Positions 20,864-32,194 of a stretch of 64,000 nt of DNA are shown piece after piece. Location of the stretch: contig OY970208.1 of NCBI GenBank assembly GCA_963713865.1, positions 1,248,001 through 1,312,000 of the forward strand, read 5' to 3'. This stretch comes from an uncultured candidate division Zixibacteria bacterium. GTDB lineage: Bacteria; Zixibacteria; MSB-5A5; RBG-16-43-9. Numbering within the stretch: the stretch's first letter is position 1; the number at the start of each line of letters is the position of its first letter. The translations under genes and the position numbers were made by a program. The notes beneath the pieces were generated by a model that worked only from the letters and a program-made list of their open reading frames with translations, was not told where the DNA came from and did no database searches.

Positions 20864-21721
20864 TTAACCTTTTCCTAAAAAATTGATCAAAAAATTATAA
20901 CCGAGGGTGGATAAAATCCCACCGGCGACTATAAGAAATCCTATGATTAATTTCAAAAAGTCCTGCCCTTTAATACTTCCCAGAACTAAAGGGTTTTTAG
21001 TTAAATAGCCACTGGCAGCAAAAAGCTCCTCGCCTATCAAGGTGTAGTCGCAGGCAACTATGAAAAAGGAAAGCTGGATAGTTGAATCTGTGCCCGCAAT
21101 CTGCAAAGCGCCGATGGAGTTTCCGGTCTCAGCTAAGATCAGAGATTCAGCTTCAAAGGTGCCTAAGAAAAGATTAGTAGCCGGTCTTTCTCTTAACATA
21201 ATTCCATCTACTGCAGCTACGTATCCGAACTGGCTCTGGGTTACAAAGTAGATATTTTCTTTTTTGTAGGATTCCGGATGTCCAGCTTTAGTAAAACTCT
21301 CTTTAACTACTTCCTGGGCAACAGTTGTTACCATCGGGTCGTAGTTCGGGATTAAAAGCGGGGTATTATACTCAGCTATTTTTTCCGCTACGCTTCCCAG
21401 GATATTCATCGAAGCCATGGTTGCCACCCTTTCCATTTTTCCCAGGCCAGAAGAAAATAATATCGGTTTACCCATCTCGGTTGCCCTGCCAACAGCTTCA
21501 TCTAAAGCCTCAAGTCCAGGAATAGAACGAATCTTCAATTTTTTACTTTTTTTAGCATAAAGGATAAACCCGAAGATAAAAATGAGAGTGAGGATTATCC
21601 CGATTAAGAGGTTTGTTTTTTGCGGATCGAACCAGCTAATTTGGTCAATGGCAAAAGCTGGAGAGTGAAAAATAAATATTAGAGTGAGAATAAAAATGAG
21701 TTGATGGATTTTCCCCTTCAG
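20864..21721 (-). CDS. DUF6754 domain membrane protein, probable CTG start
   Basis: IRSIPGLEALDEAVGRATEMGKP, AESLILAETG and CDYTLIGEELFAASGYL. The frame extends 61 codons upstream of the ORF-track start to a CTG preceded by GGAGG. Confidence 0.8.
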   Translation of the reverse strand: MKGKIHQLIFILTLIFIFHSPAFAIDQISWFDPQKTNLLIGIILTLIFIFGFILYAKKSKKLKIRSIPGLEALDEAVGRATEMGKPILFSSGLGKMERVATMASMNILGSVAEKIAEYNTPLLIPNYDPMVTTVAQEVVKESFTKAGHPESYKKENIYFVTQSQFGYVAAVDGIMLRERPATNLFLGTFEAESLILAETGNSIGALQIAGTDSTIQLSFFIVACDYTLIGEELFAASGYLTKNPLVLGSIKGQDFLKLIIGFLIVAGGILSTLGYNFLINFLGKG

Positions 21722-22192
21722 GACTATCCTCCTTGATAAGTTTTTAAGTAAAGTAGAAAATAAAATTTCTTTGTCAAGGGAAATTAAAATTTGAAGTAAA
21801 TCATATAGACCCGCCTTGGGGTCAAGGTGGGTTTACCGAGTTACGAGGAGCGAAGGGCGTAGCCACCGTAATGCTTTTATCGGCCACAAGGGGAGAGTGA
21901 ACTTGCTACGATTGAACAGATATCTTGTCTGTTTTTTGTCAGACCATAGAAACGCGTCCGTAGGACAGGAATGTCTGACATACCATTGTTGACCCACCTT
22001 AGGGGCAAGGTGGGTCTACCGATTAACGTAAGACATTGACTGTCGGGCATAATGCCCGACGCTACAATTTCTCTTGACAATTGGATTTAATTCTTCTTAT
22101 ATATTTTTTGGTTAGGGAAGATAGGGAGCAAAAAACCATTTAACATTTTTCCCCCCCCCGCCTTTGGCGAGGGGAAACCATGAGGAGGGTTT

Positions 22193-24493
22193 ATGCGTCG
22201 TATTACTATGTTTTTGGTGGTGGGGTTGTTAATCAGCAGTTTAGCTTATGCAGATGTTCCCAGGCTGATCAACTTTCAGGGGAGGCTGACTGATGCAGCC
22301 GGAAAGTTCGTGGCAGATGGTAGTTATTCTGTGACCTTCAGCATCTATTCAGTTCCATCCAGTGGGAGTGCTTTATGGACTGAGGCACAATCTGTAACGG
22401 TGACCAAGGGTTTATTCAATGTTATCCTGGGCTCTGTTACACCGATTCCCAACTCTATTTTTGATTCTTATGTTGACACCTACCTGGGAGTACAAGTGGG
22501 AGCAGATGCAGAAATGACACCGAGACAGAGGATTTCCAGTTTAGGCTACTCATATTATTCCTTGAACTCTGACAAACTGGATGGTCTTCATGCTTCAGAT
22601 TTCACCAGCCCGGTTTCGGATTTTGGACGTTCGGGTGTGTCAGCTACTCTATATGAGGGGACTACTGCTTTAATTGACAAGTACGTGAACGTTGCAGGAC
22701 CGGATAGTGTGATGGCTTCATCTGGGTCTGCTTTTATAGGCAAAGCCGTAGGAAGTAGCTCATCCAGGATACATGGGGTAAAGGGTTATGCAGATAACTC
22801 TGGCAGTGAGCGCGCTTATGGAGGATATTTCATAGCCGATAGTTCCGGCACGGGCTCGCAGCATTACGGAATGACCGCAGTGGGTTATGGTTCCTCTCAA
22901 ACTAGTTTCGCTCATGGTGCTCACGGTGAGGCAATTAGCAATTCCTCCGGACATGCTTCTGGTGTTTATGGTATGGCTTGGAATTATTCTTCCGGATTAG
23001 CTTATGGTGGTTATTTTTACGCGGCCAATAATGGTACAGGTAAGCATTATGGAGTATATTCCAGCGGGGATGGTAATTCTGATAGCACATCCTATGGTGT
23101 CTATGGTTATGCTCGAAATTCTTCCATTGGTGATGTCTATGGCGGATATTTCACCACCTCTTCTTCTGGAACCGGAGATCATTATGGTGTTTATGGAGAA
23201 GCTTATGGCAGCAGTTCTGACGCTTATGGGTCATACGGTTATGCGTCTAATAATTCCGCATACAATGCTTATGCGGGATATTTTACCGCTGATTCTTCAG
23301 GCACAGGGTATCATTATGGAGTTAGGGCAAGTGCTTATGGTGACTCACCTACAGATGATGTTTTTGGCGTAAGCGGGTATGCTAAGAACTCTTCTTCCGG
23401 CTGGGTTTATGGCGGATATTTCTCCAACTCTTCGACTGGAACGGGAGCTCATTTTGGAACCTATTCCACTTGCTACGGCAGTTACTCTTCAGTCACCTAT
23501 GGTTCTTATAATTATGCTCAAAATACCTCGGATGGCACTGCTTATGGTGGATATTTCACTAACTCTTCTTCAGGCACCGGGAAACATTATGGAATAAGAG
23601 CAACAAGCTATGGCTCTTCTGATTCAGCCACCTATGGTGTTTCTGGCTATGGCTCGAACTCTTCAAGCGGTAGTGTTTATGGTGGATTTTTTGAGACCTC
23701 TTCTTCTGGTACAGGATCCCATTATGGGATATACACCGAAAGCCATGGTTCCGGGAGCAACTACGTTTATGGGAACTATACTAATGCTGAGAACACCTCG
23801 ACCGGTCCGGTTTATGCAGGAGTATTCTGGGCTTCATCTGCTGGTACAGGAAATAAATACGGAGTCTATAGTTACGCCCCGGCATCAGAAGGTTATGCTG
23901 GATATTTCTCAGGAAATATGACTGCCACAGGCACCAAGAGTGCGGCGGTGAAGGTGGATAACGGGGAATATCGATTGCTTTATGCAATGGAATCCCCGGA
24001 GAACTGGTTTGAAGATTTTGGAGAAGGGAAACTGATTAATGGTAGGGCATTGATCCAGATAGACACATTATTCACTCAGACTGTTAATACTTCAGTTAAA
24101 TATCATGTTTTCCTGACTCCTCAAGATGAACCACTGACCTTAGCGGTGGCCAACAGGACTGTCAGTTCCTTTGAGGTTAGAGGTCCTGCAGGCTCAGATA
24201 TCTCTTTCTCCTATCGCATCGTAGCCAAGAGAAAAGGGTATGAGGAATTGAGGATGGCTAAGATGCTTGGCTCCACTCCAGAAGAGATGGAGGTAGTGCA
24301 GGCAAAGCGCCTGGCTGAGTCAGAACAGGAAAGCGCAAGGATGAAGCAGGGCAGAGGGGAAAGGACAGAAAAAGAAATGCAACAGTATAGACCCAAGCTG
24401 CCCGAGGCAGAGAGCGTGCAGAAGGTAAGAAAAGAAGAGCCAAGACCGGAGGATACGGAGAAGATGAGGGTGGAAATGGAAAGTGAGAAGTAA
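22193..24493 (+). CDS. Secreted Gly/Ser/Tyr-rich repeat protein with a phage-fibre-like C-terminal domain
   Basis: Signal peptide; VPRLINFQGRLTD N-domain; about 9 repeats of YGGYF..S.GTG.HYG; C-terminal YAMESPENWFEDFG...YHVFLTP...FSYRIVAKRKGYE. Confidence 0.75.
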   Translation: MRRITMFLVVGLLISSLAYADVPRLINFQGRLTDAAGKFVADGSYSVTFSIYSVPSSGSALWTEAQSVTVTKGLFNVILGSVTPIPNSIFDSYVDTYLGVQVGADAEMTPRQRISSLGYSYYSLNSDKLDGLHASDFTSPVSDFGRSGVSATLYEGTTALIDKYVNVAGPDSVMASSGSAFIGKAVGSSSSRIHGVKGYADNSGSERAYGGYFIADSSGTGSQHYGMTAVGYGSSQTSFAHGAHGEAISNSSGHASGVYGMAWNYSSGLAYGGYFYAANNGTGKHYGVYSSGDGNSDSTSYGVYGYARNSSIGDVYGGYFTTSSSGTGDHYGVYGEAYGSSSDAYGSYGYASNNSAYNAYAGYFTADSSGTGYHYGVRASAYGDSPTDDVFGVSGYAKNSSSGWVYGGYFSNSSTGTGAHFGTYSTCYGSYSSVTYGSYNYAQNTSDGTAYGGYFTNSSSGTGKHYGIRATSYGSSDSATYGVSGYGSNSSSGSVYGGFFETSSSGTGSHYGIYTESHGSGSNYVYGNYTNAENTSTGPVYAGVFWASSAGTGNKYGVYSYAPASEGYAGYFSGNMTATGTKSAAVKVDNGEYRLLYAMESPENWFEDFGEGKLINGRALIQIDTLFTQTVNTSVKYHVFLTPQDEPLTLAVANRTVSSFEVRGPAGSDISFSYRIVAKRKGYEELRMAKMLGSTPEEMEVVQAKRLAESEQESARMKQGRGERTEKEMQQYRPKLPEAESVQKVRKEEPRPEDTEKMRVEMESEK

Positions 24494-24748
24494 GAAGATA
24501 GACGCGAGACGACGTAGGGGCGTATCCACCAGAGACGGACGCCCCTGCCATCTGTCATTGCGACCCCCGCCAAAGGAGGGGGAAGCAATCTGTGAACTAT
24601 GTGAGGATTGCTTCGTCGTCCGCCTTTGGCGAGACTCCTCGCAATGACAGGTAAAAGTAAAAAATTTAAAAATAATTCTTGCTTTTTGAAAAGTTATGTA
24701 TATAATAATTGACGATAAGACAAAAAACCTAAAACTAAGGAGTAGAAA

Positions 24749-25294
24749 ATGTCAAGAACTCTAAAGTTTCTACCAGTAGCTTTAGTAATTGTCTTTCTTT
24801 CTTTTTCTCTGGCTCTCTCCATAGAAAAAGAAAAAGTTTTTGAAGAAAGAACAGTAAAAGAGAATTCTATAGATGAGAAAGTCCTGATAGGAAAAGAGGT
24901 GATTATACCTAAAGATACCACTGCCACTCCCCAGAATTATCATATACCCTGGAGCAGTTTGAATGGCGGTGGAATAGATATGGCCGATACCAATTATAAA
25001 GCAATGGTCTCCTCAGCCCAAAGTTTTATCGGAGAGTCTCAGAGTACTAATTATCAAGTGAAAATCGGGTATTGGTATGGTGGTAAGCCTTTTCTATGCG
25101 GAGATGTTAATGAAACCGGGAATGTATCTTTGGGGGATATCGTTTACCTGATCAACTATCTTTTCAAATTAGGTCCTGAGCCAGACCCATTTTATGGTGA
25201 TGCAGATGCAAATGGAGATGGGAAGGTCAGTCTGGGAGATATTGTTTGGTTGATCAACTACCTTTTTAAATTAGGTCCATCCCCTGTTTGTTAA
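24749..25294 (+). CDS. Secreted protein with C-terminal dockerin-like domain
   Basis: Signal peptide; twin GDVNETGNVSLGDIVYLINYLF / DANGDGKVSLGDIVWLINYLF repeats. Confidence 0.85.
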   Translation: MSRTLKFLPVALVIVFLSFSLALSIEKEKVFEERTVKENSIDEKVLIGKEVIIPKDTTATPQNYHIPWSSLNGGGIDMADTNYKAMVSSAQSFIGESQSTNYQVKIGYWYGGKPFLCGDVNETGNVSLGDIVYLINYLFKLGPEPDPFYGDADANGDGKVSLGDIVWLINYLFKLGPSPVC

Positions 25295-25334
25295 AGCCGT
25301 AATTAAAAGGGTCTTTCAGTAATAAGTATGTAGA

Positions 25335-25369
25335 GGTCCTTCTGGCAAAAATGCCGGAGGGGCTTTTTT
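25335..25369 (+). terminator. Probable intrinsic terminator
   Basis: CCTTCTGGCA-AAAA-TGCCGGAGG hairpin followed by a T-run, downstream of 25294. Confidence 0.6.
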
Positions 25370-25462
25370 ATATTTAAAAAGAAGTTATAAAGAATTATTT
25401 TTCCTCCGATAAAATAAAAAAGAGTTAAATTTTCTTAAATATCCGGCTTGAAGGAGGAAAAA

Positions 25463-26396
25463 ATGGATAAGATAAAAAACTTTTTGGTAAAACACTTAGA
25501 GAAGATATTAGTTCTAGGGTTGACCGGTGTTATTTTGATTACCAACTATTTCGTTTTTCAGAAGATGGCTTTTCTTAATTTTTATTATCTGCCGGTTCTG
25601 GTGTTCTGGCTATTTCTTAGGGAAAAAATACGCCATCTATACAAGCCTTTTCAGTATCGGACTGGTGGTTTTCCTGGCGGTTTTATACCCGAACTCTTTT
25701 TATCATCAGTCAACAGGTTTAAGATTGACTTTAGATCTGGTGATCTGGGGTGGGTTTCTGTTTTTAGCCGGAGCGGTAGTGGGGACTTTATATGAACAGA
25801 AGGAAAATAAAATTCAGGAGATCAAAAAAGCGTATGTGGGAGTGATCGAGATTTTAACTAAATACCTGGAATCCTCGGACCGATATACCAAAGGCCACTC
25901 GCTCAGAGTGGCAGATTATGCTTCGGAAATCGCCAAGTCGTTGGAATTATCTAAAAGTGAAGTCGAAAACATCAGAGTAGCAGGTCTTCTGCACGATATA
26001 GGAAAAATTGAGATCTCGAGCGAGCTTATAACCAAAGCTGCCAGTTTGACCACAGAAGAGAAGAAAATAGTTGAAACCCATGTGGAAAAGGGCGTAGAGA
26101 TATTAAGCTCAGTTGGAACGGTCTTAAAAGAGTCTATTCCTATAGTTTTATCCCATCATAAATTCTTCATCGAGAGCAGTGAGGAGGAGAAAAAATTCAA
26201 TACCCTTCCCTTAGGAGCCAGGATTTTAGCAGTGGCAGATAGCTTTGATGCTATGGTCACAGATAGGCCTTACCGGGCAGGGAAACCGTTATGGCAGGCG
26301 ATGGAGGAGTTAGAAAAGGGAAGCGGGATACAATTTGATCCGCATGTGGTTGAGGCTTTTAAAAGGGTGTTAGCGGATAAAGTTGAAGTAACGTAA
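25463..26396 (+). CDS. Membrane-anchored HD-GYP domain protein, apparent +1 frameshift at about 25603
   Basis: YTKGHSLRVA, LLHDIGK, ILAVADSFDAMVTDRPYR and GIQFDP. The corrected join LPVLVSGYFLG links the TM N-terminus. Confidence 0.85.
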
Positions 26397-26817
26397 AAAA
26401 AGTTCAAGGGTCTAAGAGTTTAAAGATTCAAAGGGAAAAAAGAAGTGGAATTGATTCGGTTTTCGTGAACGGAAATATAACCTTACCCTAACCCTCTTAT
26501 TAGGAAGGAGAGGGGATGAATTATGTACAGTAGGGGTTCAAAATTTTGAACCCCTGCTTTTTTCCATATTGCGGGTAGGAGTACAAATCCTGTCCGAGCA
26601 GATTACCTCATCAGATATTCGTAGAATTGATAAAAAAGCCCATAAAGATAATAATACTTAATATTATATTACTGCGGATAATTTATTGTAGAGTAATGTG
26701 TTAGCAAAGGCTTTTCTTTTAAAAAAACGATTGACAAATTAAGAAAATTGATTATTATATATTCAGATTGAGGGGGAAAAGAAAACCTTTTTGCTCATGC
26801 TTCCCAGAGGAGGTTTT

Positions 26818-28155
26818 ATGAGAGCAAGTGTTAAAGTTTTATTATCTTTTTTTATTCTCCTTACCCTGGTTAGTTCTTTACAATCCAAAATAATCTATAT
26901 CCCCTCCCCCTCCTTAGCCACAATTCAAGGAGGGATAAATATTGCCTCAGAAGGAGATACGGTTTTAGCTAATGTGGGAACCTATTATGAAAATATTGAC
27001 TTCAAGGGGAAGAAGATAGTAGTAACCAGCAGATACCTTCTGGAAAATGACAGCAGTTTGGTATACTCAACTATTGTCGATGCAACTTACAAACCCTCAA
27101 ATCCTGTAGTATCTTTCAAATCAGCAGAAGATTCTCTGGCACTATTAATCGGTTTTACTATCCAGAATAGCTTGAATTCCTGGGGGGTGCTCTGCGACAG
27201 TAGCTCCAGCCCGAAGATCGTTTTTAACCGGATTAAAAATAATCTCGGTGGCTTGGTCTGTTCAAAGTCATCCAATCCTCTTATAAAAGAAAATTTCCTG
27301 GGAAATAATACTAATACCGGCATACGATGTGAGATTGGCTCTTCCCCTCTGATTGAAAATAACACCTTAGTTCAGAATGGTGAGCAAGGTATAATAACTG
27401 AAAATTCCTCGCCTAATCCACAGATTAAAGGGAATTATATCTCCGGACATCAGATCGGTGTAAAATGTATGAGCGGCGCTTCTCTGATCGAAAGAAATGT
27501 TATTACCCAGAGCAGTCAAAAGGGGATCAGTATAAATGGAGCTTCTCCACAGGTATTTAATAATACCATTGCCAGTAACACCGGGGATGGGGTGGAAATT
27601 ATCTCTTCCTCCGGGGTAAGTCTTAAAAATAATATCATATCTTCAAGCAGTTCTGGTTACGGGATAAAGGTTTCTATGTCTGAGCCGGTCATAGGATATA
27701 ATGATGTCTGGGGTAATGCAAGTGGTAATTTTTCCGGAACACCAATAGGTGTGGGGAATATGTTCTGGGGTAAAAATTACAAAGGGACCCCCTGTGATCA
27801 GTTTGGGAATATCAGCCAGGAGCCTGAATTTGTAAACCCGCCCAGCGATTTTTCATTACAATGCTCTTCTCCCTGCATAGATGTTGGAGATCCGGGTTTC
27901 CCCGTTCCGAGTTCAGGTGGACCCAGGATCGATATGGGGGCTTATGAGTACCTTATCTCCACCGGCGATGTTTATGTAGATGGTAAGATCGATGTTTCAG
28001 ATGTAATCTTCCTGATAAATTATCTTTTCAAAAACGGTCCCGCTCCAGATCCCTTATTAAAAGGAGATGTAACTGCGGATAGTTTAGTAAATGTGCAGGA
28101 TATATTACATCTGATAAATTATCTTTTCAGAAACGGTATGCAGCCCTGTCATTGA
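26818..28155 (+). CDS. Secreted right-handed beta-helix protein with dockerin-like C-terminus
   Basis: TIQGGINIASEGDTV..GTYYENIDF, repeated SSPxIxxNxI units, SPCIDVG..RIDMGAYE and twin dockerin repeats. Confidence 0.85.
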   Translation: MRASVKVLLSFFILLTLVSSLQSKIIYIPSPSLATIQGGINIASEGDTVLANVGTYYENIDFKGKKIVVTSRYLLENDSSLVYSTIVDATYKPSNPVVSFKSAEDSLALLIGFTIQNSLNSWGVLCDSSSSPKIVFNRIKNNLGGLVCSKSSNPLIKENFLGNNTNTGIRCEIGSSPLIENNTLVQNGEQGIITENSSPNPQIKGNYISGHQIGVKCMSGASLIERNVITQSSQKGISINGASPQVFNNTIASNTGDGVEIISSSGVSLKNNIISSSSSGYGIKVSMSEPVIGYNDVWGNASGNFSGTPIGVGNMFWGKNYKGTPCDQFGNISQEPEFVNPPSDFSLQCSSPCIDVGDPGFPVPSSGGPRIDMGAYEYLISTGDVYVDGKIDVSDVIFLINYLFKNGPAPDPLLKGDVTADSLVNVQDILHLINYLFRNGMQPCH

Positions 28156-28479
28156 TCTAAGTGGGAGTGGAGGCTGGAACTCCTTTTACGAAAACCGAGG
28201 GAACGGTTTCATTAAGGCGAATCCCAAAGTTAAGGGACTCGCTTTTTTGTTATCAAAAAGCGTTTGTTTTTTCCAGTTGAAAGATTTATAATAAAAAATG
28301 AGTATGGAATAAGGAAGACGGAAAATGAAAAATGGAGTAGGTAAAAAGTAGTAAACCGTTAGTGGAGATTTATGTATAGGTATTGACAATTTAGTTTAGA
28401 GTGTGTTATGGAAAATAAAAACGTAACGTTATCTTTACAAAGTTATTAAAATATGATTTAATTATGAAGGGAGTAAGCA

Positions 28480-28938
28480 ATGCGAGTTGAAGATCAAATA
28501 AACAATGGCAAGGGAACCTCGCCCCGACATTATTCACCCCAGCTCTTGAAATTGGTGATACTTTTTATCCTTGTAATTTTTTTTCTGAATTGCGGGCTGA
28601 AAAGACCAACAGATGAGATTGGACCCATTAAAGAAGTAATTAGCCGGTTTGAAAGGGGAGTAATTAATGAGAACAGAGCAGTCCTGGATTCGGTCTATAG
28701 TAAGAAAGATATAAACAGAGATTCGCTTGTCAGCTCACTTTTTCAGGAACTTTCTCCCATAAAATCAAAAGGGTCTTTCTCTTTTTTAAGGAGGAAGTTT
28801 TCGGTTATCGAGGATAAAAAAACAGCTACAGCTGAGCTTTTCATAGGTGGAGTGGAGCAAAAAGAGGAGAAAGTGCTGGAGATTTTTCTGAAGAAGAAAA
28901 AAGGAGAATGGAGAATAGTTGGACAGGGTTTAAAATAA
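28480..28938 (+). CDS. Hypothetical lipoprotein, NTF2-like
   Basis: Hydrophobic stretch ending FFLNC; C-terminal LKKKKGEWRIV. The start may be downstream. Confidence 0.55.
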   Translation: MRVEDQINNGKGTSPRHYSPQLLKLVILFILVIFFLNCGLKRPTDEIGPIKEVISRFERGVINENRAVLDSVYSKKDINRDSLVSSLFQELSPIKSKGSFSFLRRKFSVIEDKKTATAELFIGGVEQKEEKVLEIFLKKKKGEWRIVGQGLK

Positions 28939-29159
28939 AGTTCAAAGGGGAAAATAAAAAATAATAACGGATAACGGATAAAAAACCAGAGGGGCAGACC
29001 TGCGTGTCTGCCTTAGTTTCAGGCGATGATACTCTTTCCGGTCATGGCGAGGAGTCTCGCCGAAGGCGGATGGCGAAACAATCCATCTAGGAAGGAGTAA
29101 ATGGATTGCTTCACCCCTACCGGGGTTCACAATAACAGCTTGGGGAGAAATACCAAAAA

Positions 29160-30219
29160 ATGTTAGGTTTGAATGAGATTATCGAAAAAGAAGTTACTGA
29201 GGCGATTTCTTTCCTCCAGGAAGCTTTGAAGGAAAAACCTGAGTATATCGAAATTGAACCGGGTGAAGAGGAGAAAGAGCTATTACTTTTAGATAAAAAT
29301 TTAGACCAACTTTCCTTTGAAAATGTCACGGAGATTCATTGTGAGAATAAAGTTGCGGCAGTGGATGGTGGCTCTGCCACCATCCTTAAAACCAGGTCTT
29401 TTCTGATTGGAGTTTATCGAGCAGGGCATGTAATTTTTCAGAAAGGTAAGAGGGTAAAGGAGAAGTTTGTTCCTCTGAGAATGGAGATTCTATCCCTGGA
29501 GAATAAATCAGAGAAATATCTGCAAGCTTATCAAGAGTTGGTAGGTGATGTGCCGAATGAGGTCCCGGAGTTAGATAAAATTTTAGACCGGTTAAGGCTT
29601 TTTGCTGAATGGGGGCTGGTCAAGGAATTATTAACCGAATTAGATAAAGGGGATATGATTTTAGTAGATGGTTCTTTGCGGGCAAGCATCGTTCCCCCAT
29701 ATAACCTTCTTTTAGAAGTTACTCAGGAAGCCAGCCAGAAAAATATATGTTTGGTCGGGGTGACTAAGACCTCCACTCTATACTGGGGGAAAAAATCTCC
29801 TTTGATTCCGATGGTGGTAAAAAGCTCAGAGAAGTTCTATCCAAAATCTAAGTGGTTCTGTCGTCTCTCGGACCTTGATCTGGCTTTGAAGAATCCCAAC
29901 TGGTTCGGGACGATCTATGTGTCAAAACTTAAAGCCTCTTCGGATTATGCTTTTCGGGTGGATGTAAATCGTTCTGGATAATACTGAGCCAGCAAAGATT
30001 TTTTCCTGGCTGTCCTATCTTTCCTCTGACCCGGCATACTTAGGTTATCCATATCCTTTAGCTGCAGTGCATAATCGGGCCAGGATTCTAGGAAGTGAAG
30101 TAAAGGATATAAAATATAGATTGCAAAGCAAGGCATTGGAAAAGGGAATTTCATCTGCGGACTGGGATTTGTTGTTCAGGGATTTTCATGAGGTGTTGAA
30201 CGCGGACTTAAATAAATGA
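29160..30219 (+). CDS. nurA: NurA family nuclease, apparent +1 frameshift at about 29971
   Basis: AAVDGGS, ILVDGSL and GVTKTS. The corrected C-terminus contains LGYPYPLAAVHNRARI and ends at TGA 30217-30219. Confidence 0.85.
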
Positions 30220-30385
30220 CGGATATCGGATGACGGATAAAAGAAAAAGAGAAATGGAAAAGATAAAAGAGTATGACGAATGAAGGATGTCTAGTGATGG
30301 ATAAAGAAATAAAAAAATGACCGGGGTTCGTTAATCGTAACAATTCATTGTAGGGGGGTCCCCCGCCCGGATCACAGATAGCAAG

Positions 30386-30988
30386 ATGGAAGATAATACA
30401 GAAAAACATTATCGCAGATCAATTCGATTGAAGGAATATGATTATTCGCAGGCAGGAGGGTATTTTATAACGATTTGCACACATAATTGGAAAAACATTT
30501 TTGGTAAGGTAGTAAATGGTGAAATGATATTGAATAAATATGGGAAGATTGTGAATGAATTCTGGAGAGAAATCCCAATTCATTTTCAAAATGTGGAAAT
30601 TGACTGGTTTGTTGTTATGCCTAATCACGTACGTGGAATAATGATTATTAGCGATAGATCGGAGGTAGGGGCAATTCATGAATTGCCCCTACAAAATATT
30701 AAAAACGCAAGACGTAAAATGTTATTGCCCAAAGTTATTGGTTATTATAAAATGAATTCAACAAAGCAGATAAATATTATAAAGAATACTCCAGGAATTC
30801 CTATATGGCAGAGAAATTATTATGAACATATTATACGGAACGAAGAAAAATTATACAAAATCAGACAATATATTCAGAACAATCCCTTAAAATGGCACTT
30901 GGATAGGGAAAATCTGGAAAGAGTTGGTGCAGATAAATTCGAAGAAGAAATCTTTAGATCAAAGATAGCATATAAGGTGAATAAATGA
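30386..30988 (+). mobile_element. REP-associated tyrosine transposase (RAYT, IS200/Y1 family)
   Basis: RRSIRLKEYDYSQAGGYFITICT, VVMPNHVRG (second His of HUH is Arg), WQRNYYEHIIRNE and IRQYIQNNP. It contains an internal REP. Confidence 0.88.
30665..30692. repeat. REP GTAGGGGCAATTCATGAATTGCCCCTAC; second copy at 32152-32179
   Basis: Perfect palindrome inside RAYT; one-mismatch copy directly after the SIR2 gene. Confidence 0.9.
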
Positions 30989-32145
30989 CAGATAAGCAAA
31001 GAACATTTTTATTAGGTGCTGGATTCTCCAAAGCAGTGGCTGATGGTCCCCTGATGAACAAAATCTGGGAGTATATAGAAAAGGCACACGAGAATGAAAA
31101 GAATAGAAAAGTATCAATAATTGGAAAAAATAAAAGACTGAATTGGTTTAATAAATTAGATGATTTCATAAAAAGATTAGAAGGAGAAGCAACTCTTGGG
31201 TTTGATAAGAGTAACTTTGATGAGATTAGAGTGGGAGTAAGAGAGAATTTAGAATATCTGTTTACTATTATTGACCTTCACTTAAATGGACCTAAAATAA
31301 AGTTTAAGAGAAAAGGTTGGGACATTGAGCCTTATCCTGCAATACCTCTGAGCTTTACAAATAGAACCGAATTGAAAGAAATAAAAAGGAATTTATTAAC
31401 TTACCTCTATATAATATTTGAAAAACTTAAAGGAAACGATTTGGTTGATAAATTTGCTACTAAGATAATAAATGAAAAAGATGAGATTATTACGTTTAAT
31501 TATGATTTAGTATTAGAAAAGGCATTATGGAGAAGAAATATCTGGTCTCCACTGAATGGATATGTTGGGGTCAATAGATTTAGAAGTGAAAAAGATGAAA
31601 AAGAACTGAAAAAAGCTAAGAGATATTCGAAAACAAGAATTCATAAGATGCATGGTTCTGTTTGTTGGTTTACTCCAGAGTATTTAATGAACCGACCCGA
31701 TTCTTTTATATCTATAGACTTAGATAATAATGAAAATTGGGGATTTCACTTTAATGGTTTAGAAAAAACCCTTAAACGTGATCCAGTCCAACCAACAATG
31801 AAAATGGAAAGAGAAGTTAGAGGGGGATGGGGAGGTAAGCATTATCCACCTTGGATTTTACCATCTTTTATTAAGCCATTCGGGTACAAGGAATTCTATG
31901 AAATATGGAAGTCCGCATTTAAGGTTATTTCAAAAACAAATGAGCTTGTTATAATTGGATATAGTTTCAGACCAGAGGATTCCAGTGCACAACTTTTAAT
32001 TTCATCTTTACCAGATGGATGTAATATAACACTGGTTGATCCGAAACCTGAAAATATTAAAGAAAGATTAGAAAAACTGGGACTAAGGATAAATAAAATA
32101 TTCAAATCGTTAAATGAATATCTATCAGAGCATGAACATTATTGA
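30985..32145 (+). CDS. SIR2-like domain protein (defence-type sirtuin)
   Basis: FLLGAGFS, IITFNYDLVLE, KMHGSV and VIIGYSF. ATGA overlap with RAYT; very AT-rich. Confidence 0.85.
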   Translation: MTDKQRTFLLGAGFSKAVADGPLMNKIWEYIEKAHENEKNRKVSIIGKNKRLNWFNKLDDFIKRLEGEATLGFDKSNFDEIRVGVRENLEYLFTIIDLHLNGPKIKFKRKGWDIEPYPAIPLSFTNRTELKEIKRNLLTYLYIIFEKLKGNDLVDKFATKIINEKDEIITFNYDLVLEKALWRRNIWSPLNGYVGVNRFRSEKDEKELKKAKRYSKTRIHKMHGSVCWFTPEYLMNRPDSFISIDLDNNENWGFHFNGLEKTLKRDPVQPTMKMEREVRGGWGGKHYPPWILPSFIKPFGYKEFYEIWKSAFKVISKTNELVIIGYSFRPEDSSAQLLISSLPDGCNITLVDPKPENIKERLEKLGLRINKIFKSLNEYLSEHEHY

Positions 32146-32194
32146 ATACTGGTAGGGGCAATTCATGAATTGTCCCTACATTTAAGGAGCAAAA

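Noticed and set aside
28160-28250. Possible ncRNA (three successive hairpins)
   Set aside because: No family is recognisable; the last hairpin plus T-run is explained as a terminator.
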